Part shown: piece after piece, positions 9,251-17,463 of the stretch
Layout: every line of letters starts with the position of its first letter
Numbering within the stretch: the stretch's first letter is position 1
Origin: a virus
IMG/VR virus record: IMGVR_UViG_2788500300_000002
Location: 1 to 34,320 of that record
Strand: one strand, 5' to 3'
Length of the DNA: 34,320 nt
Program-made: the position numbers and the translations under genes
The notes under the pieces: generated by a model
What the model was told of the DNA's origin: nothing
The model's database searches: none
Seen by the model: only the letters and a program-made list of their open reading frames with translations

Positions 9251-9520
9251 TGCAACAATGAGCAACAGTGATATCGACCATAGAATAGTTGTTTTCAGAC
9301 TGTCTCCAGTGCCTATGTATCGAGCGATTATCGGCGTATCAAGCTCTTTTGCCTTTGCCTCTAATTCAAGCTTTTTACATTCTAGGAGATATGATTCGGA
9401 TAAGCCTGGAACTTGTTGTTCTGCTGTCTGCTTTGTTTGAGCAGAAGGTTTATTTTGTATTAGTTGGTAAATATCGTCCAGCGTGTAATGACTTGCGTTG
9501 CTAGGTTCTTGTTTAAGCAT
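9152..9520 (-). CDS. Two-TM membrane protein (AT-rich moron)
   Basis: ILWSISLLLIVALFWAM and IALTIVSVLGTLAGYIAG helices; start overlaps the upstream gene's stop. Confidence 0.65.
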   Translation of the reverse strand: MLKQEPSNASHYTLDDIYQLIQNKPSAQTKQTAEQQVPGLSESYLLECKKLELEAKAKELDTPIIARYIGTGDSLKTTILWSISLLLIVALFWAMHLTKSDIALTIVSVLGTLAGYIAGAKH

Positions 9521-10013
9521 GGCTGGATTCCTTCTTAGTTATGTTTTTCTGGAAGAATGTCAGCGTTATGTCTCTAAAATCTGCCCCTTCGTACGGGCGT
9601 TGTACTTTGACACGAAGATGGATTTCTTTGCCCCATACAGTGGCTAAGTATACGGGCTCTTTGCTGTACACAGGGGTGGAGTCATCGAAATTCACTAAGG
9701 TGATATTAAGTAAGTTAAAGAAGTCAGGGTCTGGATTTTGAGCGCCTTCGATTTGAATCGGAGCTGCAACAATAGATGGGGGAACATTATCAATGCTCAT
9801 AAAGTTAAAAGATAGAAATAAAAAAATTTTTCTTGGTGTAAGTTGTGGCGATATATCTTCTTTAAATTCTGTTTTCAGAACAAAATTTCCAAGATCCTCC
9901 GTCATGAACGTAAGCGTTTTTACCATGCTGTATAGGCGAAATATTGCAAAAGATTCAGCCTCTATTTGTGGATTCCCAGGGCGTGGTATTTCTCTGGATG
10001 ATGTTTGATTCAT
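9513..10013 (-). CDS. Hypothetical beta-rich protein (resembles DUF6864)
   Basis: Likely start MNQTSS at 10013 with AGGAG RBS; C-terminal LNITLVNFD..P..LATVWGKEIHL...ITLTFF pattern; family call is tentative. Confidence 0.55.
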   Translation of the reverse strand: MNQTSSREIPRPGNPQIEAESFAIFRLYSMVKTLTFMTEDLGNFVLKTEFKEDISPQLTPRKIFLFLSFNFMSIDNVPPSIVAAPIQIEGAQNPDPDFFNLLNITLVNFDDSTPVYSKEPVYLATVWGKEIHLRVKVQRPYEGADFRDITLTFFQKNITKKESSHA

Positions 10014-10075
10014 AAAAATACTCCTTTCTTTTTCGTGGTCATGGTTACTATCTGCTGTGAGTATAGGAGATTCTG

Positions 10076-10264
10076 ATGAAAAACGATATTCGACAAGCAT
10101 ACGTGCGTATGTCTGAGGATTTACATAAGGCTTTGCGTATAGAAGCCGCGAAAGATGACGTTTCTCTCAATGCGTGCATCGTCACTCTGCTGACGGAGGC
10201 GTTGGAAGCTCGCCGTGTTTTTCCTCCCATTGATGAACGTAAGTCTGAGCAGCGTCAATCATAG
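10076..10264 (+). CDS. Arc/HicB-like ribbon-helix-helix protein
   Basis: AYVRMSEDLHKALRIEAAKDDVSLNACIVTLL; AGGAG RBS. Confidence 0.7.
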   Translation: MKNDIRQAYVRMSEDLHKALRIEAAKDDVSLNACIVTLLTEALEARRVFPPIDERKSEQRQS

Positions 10265-10352
10265 TCAGGTTGAGAGATTCATTTTTTAATGCGGCAATAA
10301 CACGCAACTTGGTATGGAGTTCTTCTGGGAGTCTGACATAGAGCTGAGACAA
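10182..10352 (-). CDS. Second Arc-like RHH protein (56 aa, not in ORF track)
   Basis: Manual translation MSQLYVRLPEELHTKLRVIAALKNESLNLTMIDAAQTYVHQWEEKHGELPTPPSAE; TTG start with AAGGAGG RBS. Confidence 0.75.
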   Translation of the reverse strand: MSQLYVRLPEELHTKLRVIAALKNESLNLTMIDAAQTYVHQWEEKHGELPTPPSAE

Positions 10353-10366
10353 TGTTATTCCTCCTT

Positions 10367-10438
10367 AATCGCAATAGTCGCATTGCAATGATAAATTAGA
10401 TGTGATAAGATTCAAGTCGCAATAATCGCAAAGCGACT
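10367..10438. promoter_or_regulatory. Overlapping divergent promoters with A(A/G)TCGCA repeats
   Basis: Plus: TTGCAA(10383)-17-TAAGAT(10406). Minus: TTGAAT-16-TATCAT. Repeats at 10367, 10376, 10415 and 10424, plus an inverted copy at 10432. Confidence 0.6.
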
Positions 10439-10440
10439 AT

Positions 10441-10749
10441 ATGAATGAGGTGATTTTTATGACGTTGGTTGAAAATCTTCAAAGCAAGAACATAACGGTG
10501 AAGCCAAAGCGCGGGAAGCCGCCGAAGGCGGAGCTTAAGCGTCTTTATCCCGTCGTGAATGAGATGTTCGACGAGATTACGCAGGCGGTGAATCTTGGGT
10601 ATTCGTGGAAGGATATTGGTTCCGCTGTTATTGAACATATGGAGAATTGCGGTACTGACGTGCGGTTTATTAAGGAATGGGATGTGGAAGATATTTATAA
10701 GCATATCCGGCGCGACAGGGAGCTGCGCGGGCTTTTGGACGATGAATAG
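10441..10749 (+). CDS. Hypothetical DNA-binding protein (similar to 12483-12836)
   Basis: EITQAVNLGYSWKDI helix motif; the true start may be the second Met (MTLV). Confidence 0.6.
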   Translation: MNEVIFMTLVENLQSKNITVKPKRGKPPKAELKRLYPVVNEMFDEITQAVNLGYSWKDIGSAVIEHMENCGTDVRFIKEWDVEDIYKHIRRDRELRGLLDDE

Positions 10750-10857
10750 GAGCTGTTTCCCTATGCGGTACTGCGAATACCGCATAGGGAGGTGCAACAG
10801 CTTGTAATAACAGTGTCCCGTTATTGTATCACGGGTTGGGATTGGAGGTCGGTGTTT

Positions 10858-11235
10858 ATGGCGGAGTTGTTTTCTTCTGTTGTGGCGGTGGACGCGGAGG
10901 CGCTTATGGAGCAGCTTTCGGCGCTTAACGAGAAGCTGGACCGGCTGCTTGAGGCTAAGCGTATTGAGGCGCTTTCGGATGGGGCCGATCCACGGAATAT
11001 GTCTACTGCGGAGGCGGCGGCTTTTCTTAAGGTGTCGAAGGCTTTTCTTAATAAGAGCCGGATGCCGAGGAGTAAGACTGTGGGGCCGCCGTATCACGTT
11101 AAGGGGAACCGCGTGTATTACACGCTGGAGGATCTCGAGGCGTGGCGCGATTCGACGAAGCGCGAGTGTGTGCAGAATCTTACGCCTATGGAGCGGCGGC
11201 TGCGCGCGGTGTCGGAAGGTTGCGGAGCGCGGTGA
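10858..11235 (+). CDS. Excisionase-like HTH protein
   Basis: MSTAEAAAFLKVSKAFLNKSR...GPPYHVKGNRVYYTLEDLEAW; GGAGG RBS before ATG 10858. Confidence 0.75.
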   Translation: MAELFSSVVAVDAEALMEQLSALNEKLDRLLEAKRIEALSDGADPRNMSTAEAAAFLKVSKAFLNKSRMPRSKTVGPPYHVKGNRVYYTLEDLEAWRDSTKRECVQNLTPMERRLRAVSEGCGAR

Positions 11236-11450
11236 GTACAGTTTTTCGTATGGTGGCTTCGTGCGGCAGGCTGGAGCGGAGGCATGTTTTCGACGAGCGC
11301 GAGAACCGGACGCAGGTTTCGGTGCTGCGCGATATTGCGAAGATTGCTTTGCGGTGCGGCGCGTGCGATTTGTATGAGGAGAGCGAAGGTACTAAGGGCG
11401 TGTGCCGCGCTATGCGGGTTCAGTACGCGCCGGTGAAGGCCGGGAAGTGA
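11232..11450 (+). CDS. Small Cys-containing hypothetical protein
   Basis: GTGA overlap with the previous stop; CGAC...C motif. Confidence 0.45.
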   Translation: MSTVFRMVASCGRLERRHVFDERENRTQVSVLRDIAKIALRCGACDLYEESEGTKGVCRAMRVQYAPVKAGK

Positions 11451-11461
11451 GGTTTTTGTTC

Positions 11462-12022
11462 ATGGCTTTTGAGTGTGATTTCGATTTTCTTTCCAGCGAG
11501 CAGAACGCGAAGTTGTCGGCGTTTGTGAATGAGATGCGGGCTTTTGCCGATAATGGGGATTCGTCCGAGTTTGTGCGGGTTTCTCGCGAGCTGAAGCTCG
11601 TTGCTAAGGAGCGGGATAATTATAAGGCTATGCTTTCAGGCGCTTCCAAGGCCTGCGAGGATTTACGGCGCGAGTATAAGGCTTTCCGCGACGGCGTAGC
11701 TGTCGCTGCAGAGGATATCCGCGCCGCTGGGGAGACGTCAGCAAATTTGGAGCGCGTCCGTGCCGAACGGGACGACCTTACGGCGCGGCTGAAGTGCGCC
11801 AATTCGGAGATTGCACGGCTGCGCGATGAGGCTGAGGCGTGCGAGGCGAACGCCGTCTCTGTCGAGAAGATGCGCGAGAAGTATGAGAAGAAAATATCGG
11901 TGCTGGAAGATAGGCTGCGCGGGTATCGTGATTACAGGGCCAGGGTCGCGCGCATGGCGGCGATGGGGCCGGAGGACGGAGTTTTGTGCGAGTCCGTTTT
12001 GAAGGAGGGCGGCGCGTTATGA
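11462..12022 (+). CDS. Coiled-coil hypothetical protein
   Basis: Heptad-rich charged sequence; GAGGT RBS. Confidence 0.6.
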   Translation: MAFECDFDFLSSEQNAKLSAFVNEMRAFADNGDSSEFVRVSRELKLVAKERDNYKAMLSGASKACEDLRREYKAFRDGVAVAAEDIRAAGETSANLERVRAERDDLTARLKCANSEIARLRDEAEACEANAVSVEKMREKYEKKISVLEDRLRGYRDYRARVARMAAMGPEDGVLCESVLKEGGAL

Positions 12023-12270
12023 CAGTGTTCGGGGATAATTTTGCGCTTGAGGGGCTTCGGCTGCCGGGGCTGCGTGAGCGTTTTTCTGCTTTCGCGCTGC
12101 GTCTTGCGCGGCGTTCTCCCGCGTTTTTCGCGGTGTGCTGCTGTTCCAGCCGCGATTTTTATGTCGGGCGCGAGATGCCGGAGCGCGTGCCGCTTGGGCC
12201 GCTTGGCTGCATGAAGTGCCCGAAGTTTGCGCGCGGCTGCTGGGGGCCGAGGGTGGAGGAACGGGGATGA
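12019..12270 (+). CDS. Cys-rich hypothetical protein
   Basis: ATGA coupling, AAGGAGG RBS; CMKC...CW. Confidence 0.5.
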   Translation: MTVFGDNFALEGLRLPGLRERFSAFALRLARRSPAFFAVCCCSSRDFYVGREMPERVPLGPLGCMKCPKFARGCWGPRVEERG

Positions 12271-12482
12271 CTTATTTCGATAAGGTCATGCGCGGGGTGA
12301 GGTTCGACGATGAGCTGCTGGCGCCGGCGGAGATAAAGAGGCTGCGTTTTGCCTTGCAGGTCCGTTTTCACGCCGCGTTCGGCTGTCCGGGCGATGTTTT
12401 TGACGGCGGGCCAAGCGAGAGTGACGGAAGTTGTCCCAGGTGTTTGTGCTGTATGCACTGCTGGGACGGGGAGGTTGGATAG
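12267..12482 (+). CDS. Cys-rich hypothetical protein
   Basis: ATGA coupling; GCPG...CPRCLCCMHCW. Confidence 0.5.
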   Translation: MTYFDKVMRGVRFDDELLAPAEIKRLRFALQVRFHAAFGCPGDVFDGGPSESDGSCPRCLCCMHCWDGEVG

Positions 12483-12836
12483 ATGGCTGATTTCGATATG
12501 CCAGGTTTAGGCAGGGCGCGGATGGGACTTACTGAGCTTGCGCGGTCTCCGGCTAAGCGCGGCGGGTGCAATGCCGTGAAGTATGAGCTCGTTAAGGAGC
12601 TTTATTCGGAGATCCGCGCGGCGAGGCTCGCGGGGCATTCGTGGCTTGTTATCAAGAATTCTATCCGTTCAAATGTGAACGTGCTTATTTCGGAGAAGGC
12701 GCTCGCCGAGTTTTTTGCCGAGATAGACAAGCGCTATGAGGCGGAGACGGGCGTGAAGGCGCTGCCTGAGACAGGCGCGAAGCGTAAGCGCGGAAGGCCG
12801 AGGAAGGCCGTTTCTGCGCCTGATAGCGGGCAGTAA
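12483..12836 (+). CDS. Hypothetical DNA-binding protein with AT-hook-like tail
   Basis: EIRAARLAGHSWLVI; C-terminal KRKRGRPRK. Confidence 0.6.
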   Translation: MADFDMPGLGRARMGLTELARSPAKRGGCNAVKYELVKELYSEIRAARLAGHSWLVIKNSIRSNVNVLISEKALAEFFAEIDKRYEAETGVKALPETGAKRKRGRPRKAVSAPDSGQ

Positions 12837-12894
12837 GCTTCGTTTTTGTCTGAATGCGAGGTGAGGCAAGATAGCGGATTTCAATTATTACGAC

Positions 12895-15162
12895 GTGGAG
12901 CGCGCTTTTCTTGACGCGATGGCTGAGGCGGGGATCGCTCCGGCGGATAACGACACGCTGCGGCTGGACGGGCGCAAGCACCGTTATAGGGTGCGCGGCG
13001 ACAAAGGACGGGAAAAATCCGGCGAGTACTGCGTCTATATGGACGAGTCGCCCGCCGGCTATTTCAAGAGCTATAAGGCCTCTCACGGCGTTCCTTATAC
13101 GACTTGGTTTTTCCGCAACGGAGCGGCTTCCAGCTGGACGGATGAAGAACGCCGCCGGTACGTCGAAGAGTGCGCCGCGCGTAAGGAAGAGAGCGACAAA
13201 GAGAAGGCCATAGCGCGCGAAAAGGCTATAAACGTCGCGCGCGTGAAGTGGGAGACGGCCTCTGAGGCGAACCCGCTTCATAAGTATATTTTGAAGAAGG
13301 GGCTTTTAGGCGCGCACGGCGCGAGACAGCTTGGCGATTTGCTTGTAATCCCTTATTATTTCCCTGACGGAAGCATCGCTACTGTACAGACTATTTCCGG
13401 CGACGGTTCCAAGCGTTTTGAGAAGGACGCTCCCAAGATGGGGAATTTCTGTTTTCTTTCGGGGCAGCGTGAGCTTGCCGAAGGGGGTAAAAAGGCTCTT
13501 TCCACGAACGGATGTTCGGAGAGCGGCGGACTGCCGTCTGTGATTTCAGCGCGTTGTTGGGTTTGCGAGGGCTGGGCTACCGGTAGCACCATTGCGGATG
13601 CTCTGGGAGACGACGTGATTGTCGCGGCTGATTGCGGTAACTTACGCCCTGTTATAGACAACGTACGCGAGAAATGGGAACAAACGGAATTCGTCGTCGC
13701 GGCGGACAACGACCGTTATAAGAGGATGGGCAACGCCGGAGGCGCGGCTGCGTTCAAAATATTTGAGGAGACGGGGATTCCGTTCGTCTTCCCTGATTTT
13801 GACGAAGGAGAGAAGCTTTCCGACTGGAACGACTTTGCGGCGAAGTTCGGGCTTAAGAAAACGCGCGCCGCCATGCTCGCCAAGCTGGAGCGCTTCAAGG
13901 AACGTTCTGAATATAAGGTGCGGCACGCATATCCGCAGTTTGTGCATGTAAGCGAGACTACTGGGCGGCCGAAGGGGACTATCGCGAATCTCGAGGCGCT
14001 GCTAGCTTACGCTGGTATCAGTGTAAAATATGACGAGATCAAGAAGGAGGGCATCATAAGCGTTCCGGGGCGGGAGTACTGCGGCGACGACGTGAAGAAC
14101 GCGACGCTGGGGCATATTCTCTCGCTCTGCGCGCAGTGGGGCTTTCCTTCAAGCAACGTAGACCCGTTTCTGTCCGAGGTGGCGGCGAGGAACGTTATCA
14201 ATCCTGTGCGTGAGTGGATACTCTCCGAGCCGTGGGACGGGATTCACCGCATCGGGAACGTCTATGATTCCGTTGTAGAGGAGAAAGGCTTCCCGCGCGG
14301 TTTCAAGGAGCTGCTTATGCGGAAGTGGCTTGTCTCCGCGGCGGCGGCTGCCTTTCATCCGCGTGGGTTCCACTACCGGGGTGTGCTGGTGCTTATCGGC
14401 GGTCAGGGAATAGGGAAGACTACGTGGTTCCGCAATCTTGCTGGGCGCGACGAGTTTTTCAACGAGGGCATAGGACTCGACCCGAACGACAAGGACAGCC
14501 TGAAGCGCGCTATTTCCTTCTGGATTACGGAGCTGGGCGAGCTGGAGGGGACTTTCAAGCGGTCGGATATGTCTGCGCTGAAGAACTTTCTCACGCGCAG
14601 CACAGACGTGCTTCGAATGCCGTGGGGGAGGCGCATGAGCGAGTTCCAGCGGCGTACGGTCTTCGGCGCTACTGTGAACCAGCGCGAGATCCTCATAGAC
14701 GACACGGGGAACTCCAGATGGTGGTGCATTCCGGTTGAACGCATGGATATGATAGACCGCCGCGACATGCAGCAGATATGGGCCGAAGTCTACGAGGATT
14801 ATTATATGCGCGGCACGGACGACCCGCTCGGGCAGTGGTGGCTTACGAAGGATGAGGAGGCCGAGCTCGCGCGGCAGAACTGGCAGTTCGAGGCTCCGAA
14901 CCCCATAGAGGACCTTCTTACAGAAGGATTGAATTGGGAACTTGACCGCGGCTTCTGGCGCGAGATGACTGCTACCGACGCGCTTATACAGGCCGGTTTT
15001 GTCGGCGTCCCGCGCCCGGGAGACGCAATGAAGGCGGCGCGCGTGCTGCGTAAGCTGACGGGAACGACGAGTAAGCGTAGTGGGCATGACCGTGCCCGTA
15101 TGTGGCTTCTTCCTCCCAAGAAAGAGAAAGGCGGTGCGGACATTCCATATCTTTACAGATAA
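12895..15162 (+). CDS. Primase (Toprim) - VapE/VirE helicase fusion
   Basis: Toprim VCEGWATG...AADND...SDWND; Walker A GGQGIGKT; WITELGEL; GATVNQREILIDDTGNSRWW. Confidence 0.9.
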   Translation: MERAFLDAMAEAGIAPADNDTLRLDGRKHRYRVRGDKGREKSGEYCVYMDESPAGYFKSYKASHGVPYTTWFFRNGAASSWTDEERRRYVEECAARKEESDKEKAIAREKAINVARVKWETASEANPLHKYILKKGLLGAHGARQLGDLLVIPYYFPDGSIATVQTISGDGSKRFEKDAPKMGNFCFLSGQRELAEGGKKALSTNGCSESGGLPSVISARCWVCEGWATGSTIADALGDDVIVAADCGNLRPVIDNVREKWEQTEFVVAADNDRYKRMGNAGGAAAFKIFEETGIPFVFPDFDEGEKLSDWNDFAAKFGLKKTRAAMLAKLERFKERSEYKVRHAYPQFVHVSETTGRPKGTIANLEALLAYAGISVKYDEIKKEGIISVPGREYCGDDVKNATLGHILSLCAQWGFPSSNVDPFLSEVAARNVINPVREWILSEPWDGIHRIGNVYDSVVEEKGFPRGFKELLMRKWLVSAAAAAFHPRGFHYRGVLVLIGGQGIGKTTWFRNLAGRDEFFNEGIGLDPNDKDSLKRAISFWITELGELEGTFKRSDMSALKNFLTRSTDVLRMPWGRRMSEFQRRTVFGATVNQREILIDDTGNSRWWCIPVERMDMIDRRDMQQIWAEVYEDYYMRGTDDPLGQWWLTKDEEAELARQNWQFEAPNPIEDLLTEGLNWELDRGFWREMTATDALIQAGFVGVPRPGDAMKAARVLRKLTGTTSKRSGHDRARMWLLPPKKEKGGADIPYLYR

Positions 15163-15471
15163 ACGTCCGCATTTAAGAATCCAGTCATATCAAGGTTTTT
15201 GAAGATACATCTGCGGACGCTTCAAAAGTGTCCGCAGATGTGTCCGCAAAAAAGAAAGTCGTTGGTATGACTGGATTAGTGTACCCTTTTAGGACACTTG
15301 GCCGTTTTTTTCGACTTAAATTTAGGATTTTTTCTCTCGTATGATTTTCTAAATTATGAGTTCTAAGTGTCCGCAATGTCCGCAAGTATATATAAACACA
15401 GTGATGACCTTAGTTTTTCGTTTGCGGACATTCCTCGCGGACATTTTTGCGGACACAGAAAAGCGTCCGCG
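15135..15471. repeat. Putative replication origin: ~11 copies of GTCCGC in both orientations around an AT-rich core
   Basis: Copies at 15135, 15164, 15212, 15229, 15241, 15368, 15377, 15423, 15436, 15448 and 15464; inverted repeat CATCTGCGGAC/GTCCGCAGATG at 15208-15240. Confidence 0.7.
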
Positions 15472-15486
15472 CCATGAGAAGGAGGA

Positions 15487-15933
15487 ATGACGGTGGCGTC
15501 GTACAGGCAGAGGATCGCCGAGGGGGCGGTGAGGGATTTCCCGGCTATCAAGCGGGATTATGACGGGTATAAGCTTATGCTGGACGCCAAGGCTCTCGCC
15601 GGCGGCTGTCTTTACGGCGAGAGGGTGGACGGCGGGGGCGTCACCAGTGCGGCGGATAGGTATCTCGAGCGTTACGACGATTCGGTGCTCCGGCGGCTAT
15701 CGGCTCTTATGCTGGGGATTTACGAGCCTTACTGTAAGCTGCCGGATGAAGAACGGCGCATCTTGGCTTTGCGGTACTGGCGGAAGATGGAGGTGGCAGA
15801 CGTCGCGGCGGAACTTAGGTTCAGCGAAAGAAGCGTCTACCGGCATATCAGCCAAGCGCTGAATAGGCTTTACCGCCCCGTTCTTGAGGTGCAGCCGCTT
15901 CTTGAAGACTGGCGCACGGGCGCGTTGAAATGA
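15487..15933 (+). CDS. Late transcription regulator (sigma region 4 / ArpU-RinA-like HTH)
   Basis: LPDEERRILALRYW...VAAELRFSERSVYRHISQAL; position upstream of the terminases. Confidence 0.8.
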   Translation: MTVASYRQRIAEGAVRDFPAIKRDYDGYKLMLDAKALAGGCLYGERVDGGGVTSAADRYLERYDDSVLRRLSALMLGIYEPYCKLPDEERRILALRYWRKMEVADVAAELRFSERSVYRHISQALNRLYRPVLEVQPLLEDWRTGALK

Positions 15934-15993
15934 ACTTTTCGCTTGCGCGGGTAAAGCGAAAGTCATTTCTCTAGTGTGCCGGGCGGAGCATTG

Positions 15994-16063
15994 GTCAAAA
16001 TGTCAAAGGTCAAATTGTGTCTGAATTGTTGTCAGTTTTTTGACAGGTTTTTCGTGGTATAAT
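15994..16063 (+). promoter_or_regulatory. Putative late promoter (extended -10 TGGTATAAT with upstream GTCA repeats)
   Basis: GTCAAA at 15994, 16002 and 16009; TGTCA/TGACA at 16030/16041; TATAAT at 16058-16063. Confidence 0.55.
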
Positions 16064-16126
16064 CTTTATGCTGGCGAAAGCCGCAGAGAAACGAACCGCC
16101 CTCAGGGGCGGAGGACAAGAAGACAG

Positions 16127-16161
16127 AGCCGCTTTTCCTCGTTTGAGGAAGGCGGCTTTTT
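16127..16161 (+). terminator. Intrinsic terminator hairpin
   Basis: AGCCGCTTTTCCTC-GTTT-GAGGAAGGCGGCT followed by a T run. Confidence 0.65.
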
Positions 16162-16176
16162 GTCGGGTGTGGGGAT

Positions 16177-16467
16177 TTATTTGCCGAAGATTTCCGCGTG
16201 GCTGCCGGCGCGGTAGAGGGTGAGGACTAATACATCGGCTTCTTTGATATATACGAGAAGCCAATCGGGCGAGACGTGGCATTCGCGATAGCCTTTCCAG
16301 TTGCCGGTCAGCGCATGGTCTTCATGCCTCGGCGGTAAAGGTATATCATTGGCAAGCATTTCAATGACGTCAAGTAAAAGCGTAATGTCTTTTCTTTGGC
16401 GTTTGGCGGCTTTGAAGTCCTTTTTGAACTGCCTTGTCCATATAACGTCGTATTTATTCGTCGTCAT
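16177..16467 (-). CDS. yafQ: YafQ-family mRNA interferase toxin
   Basis: QFKKDFK...DHALTGNWKGYRECHVSPDWLLVY...LYRAGSHAEIF. Confidence 0.92.
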   Translation of the reverse strand: MTTNKYDVIWTRQFKKDFKAAKRQRKDITLLLDVIEMLANDIPLPPRHEDHALTGNWKGYRECHVSPDWLLVYIKEADVLVLTLYRAGSHAEIFGK

Positions 16468-16738
16468 CGGACTCCAACCCCGCTATTATTTCTTCCATGG
16501 AATGATAGCGTTTTGCGTTAGGGTCGCGAGCCAGACGCCATGCCTCTTCCATAGCTTCGAGCGTTTCTTTGCTGAGGCGGCGGCGGACGGCGAAGGGGAA
16601 GCCGCCTGCGTCTATGGATTTGCGAAGGAATACGTTTACGGCGTCGGCTGTGGTTAGTCCCAGACTGCGGAAGGTCTGGTCGGCCATCTGTTTTATTTCG
16701 GGCTCTACTCTTATGTGGAGCATTTCTGTTTTGGGCAT
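16454..16738 (-). CDS. dinJ: DinJ/RelB antitoxin
   Basis: LHIRVEPEIKQMADQTFRSLGLTTADAVNVFLRKSIDAGGFPF; overlaps the toxin start. Confidence 0.9.
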   Translation of the reverse strand: MPKTEMLHIRVEPEIKQMADQTFRSLGLTTADAVNVFLRKSIDAGGFPFAVRRRLSKETLEAMEEAWRLARDPNAKRYHSMEEIIAGLESDDDE

Positions 16739-16815
16739 TGTGTTTCACTCCTTTGTTATTATTTCTGTATCTATTGTATCTCAAATAATCTCATTTGTGT
16801 ACGGAGGTGGTGCGG

Positions 16816-17463
16816 ATGGCGAATGAATTTGGGCTTACGGAGAGGCAGGAACGTTTTTGTCAGGAGTATGTGAGCGACCCTAAAGGCAACGCAACGGCGG
16901 CGGCCATACGTGCCGGATACGGCGAAGCCGGGGCTGCCGTCGAGGCTTCGAAGAACCTAAGAAAACCTAAAATTATCAGTCGTATCAAGGCTTTGCGTAA
17001 TGATGCGCTCGTCGCATCCGGCTACGATAAGGAGCGCGTGCGAGAGCTTATCATGCGCAGGCTCGCGGGAATAGTGAGCACGCATGTCACGGATATAGTA
17101 CATATTTCACCGGGGCGCGACGACCCGAGCCGCGGCGCTGTACTTGAAGAGCTTGCGGAAGCGAACGGCGGCCAGACGGTGCTCGATTTCGGCGACATGC
17201 TCATCGTGCCGACGACCTGTTTGACTGAGGAGATGTCTGGGGCTATCAAGAGGATAAAAGCCATTCCCGCAACTGAGCATTCGGACGGCGGGGTCGAGGT
17301 CGAGATGAACGACGTCATAGCCGCTGCGAAGCTGCTGGCCGAGATTGCGGGGGTCAAGGAGGCCGATACTTCCGTCAGCGTGAACGTTTCGCCTTCGGTT
17401 ATTTTGCAGCAGGCTGAGGCGCGCCGGCGGGCTTCCGGCGCTGCGGAGGGGGCGGCTGAATGA
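16816..17463 (+). CDS. terS: Terminase small subunit
   Basis: LTERQERFCQEYV...NATAAAIRAGY...ASKNLRKPKI; GGAGG RBS before ATG 16816. Confidence 0.9.
   Translation: MANEFGLTERQERFCQEYVSDPKGNATAAAIRAGYGEAGAAVEASKNLRKPKIISRIKALRNDALVASGYDKERVRELIMRRLAGIVSTHVTDIVHISPGRDDPSRGAVLEELAEANGGQTVLDFGDMLIVPTTCLTEEMSGAIKRIKAIPATEHSDGGVEVEMNDVIAAAKLLAEIAGVKEADTSVSVNVSPSVILQQAEARRRASGAAEGAAE

Noticed and set aside
15135-15471. CRISPR array
   Set aside because: Repeats are only 6-8 bp, irregularly spaced and in both orientations; no cas genes
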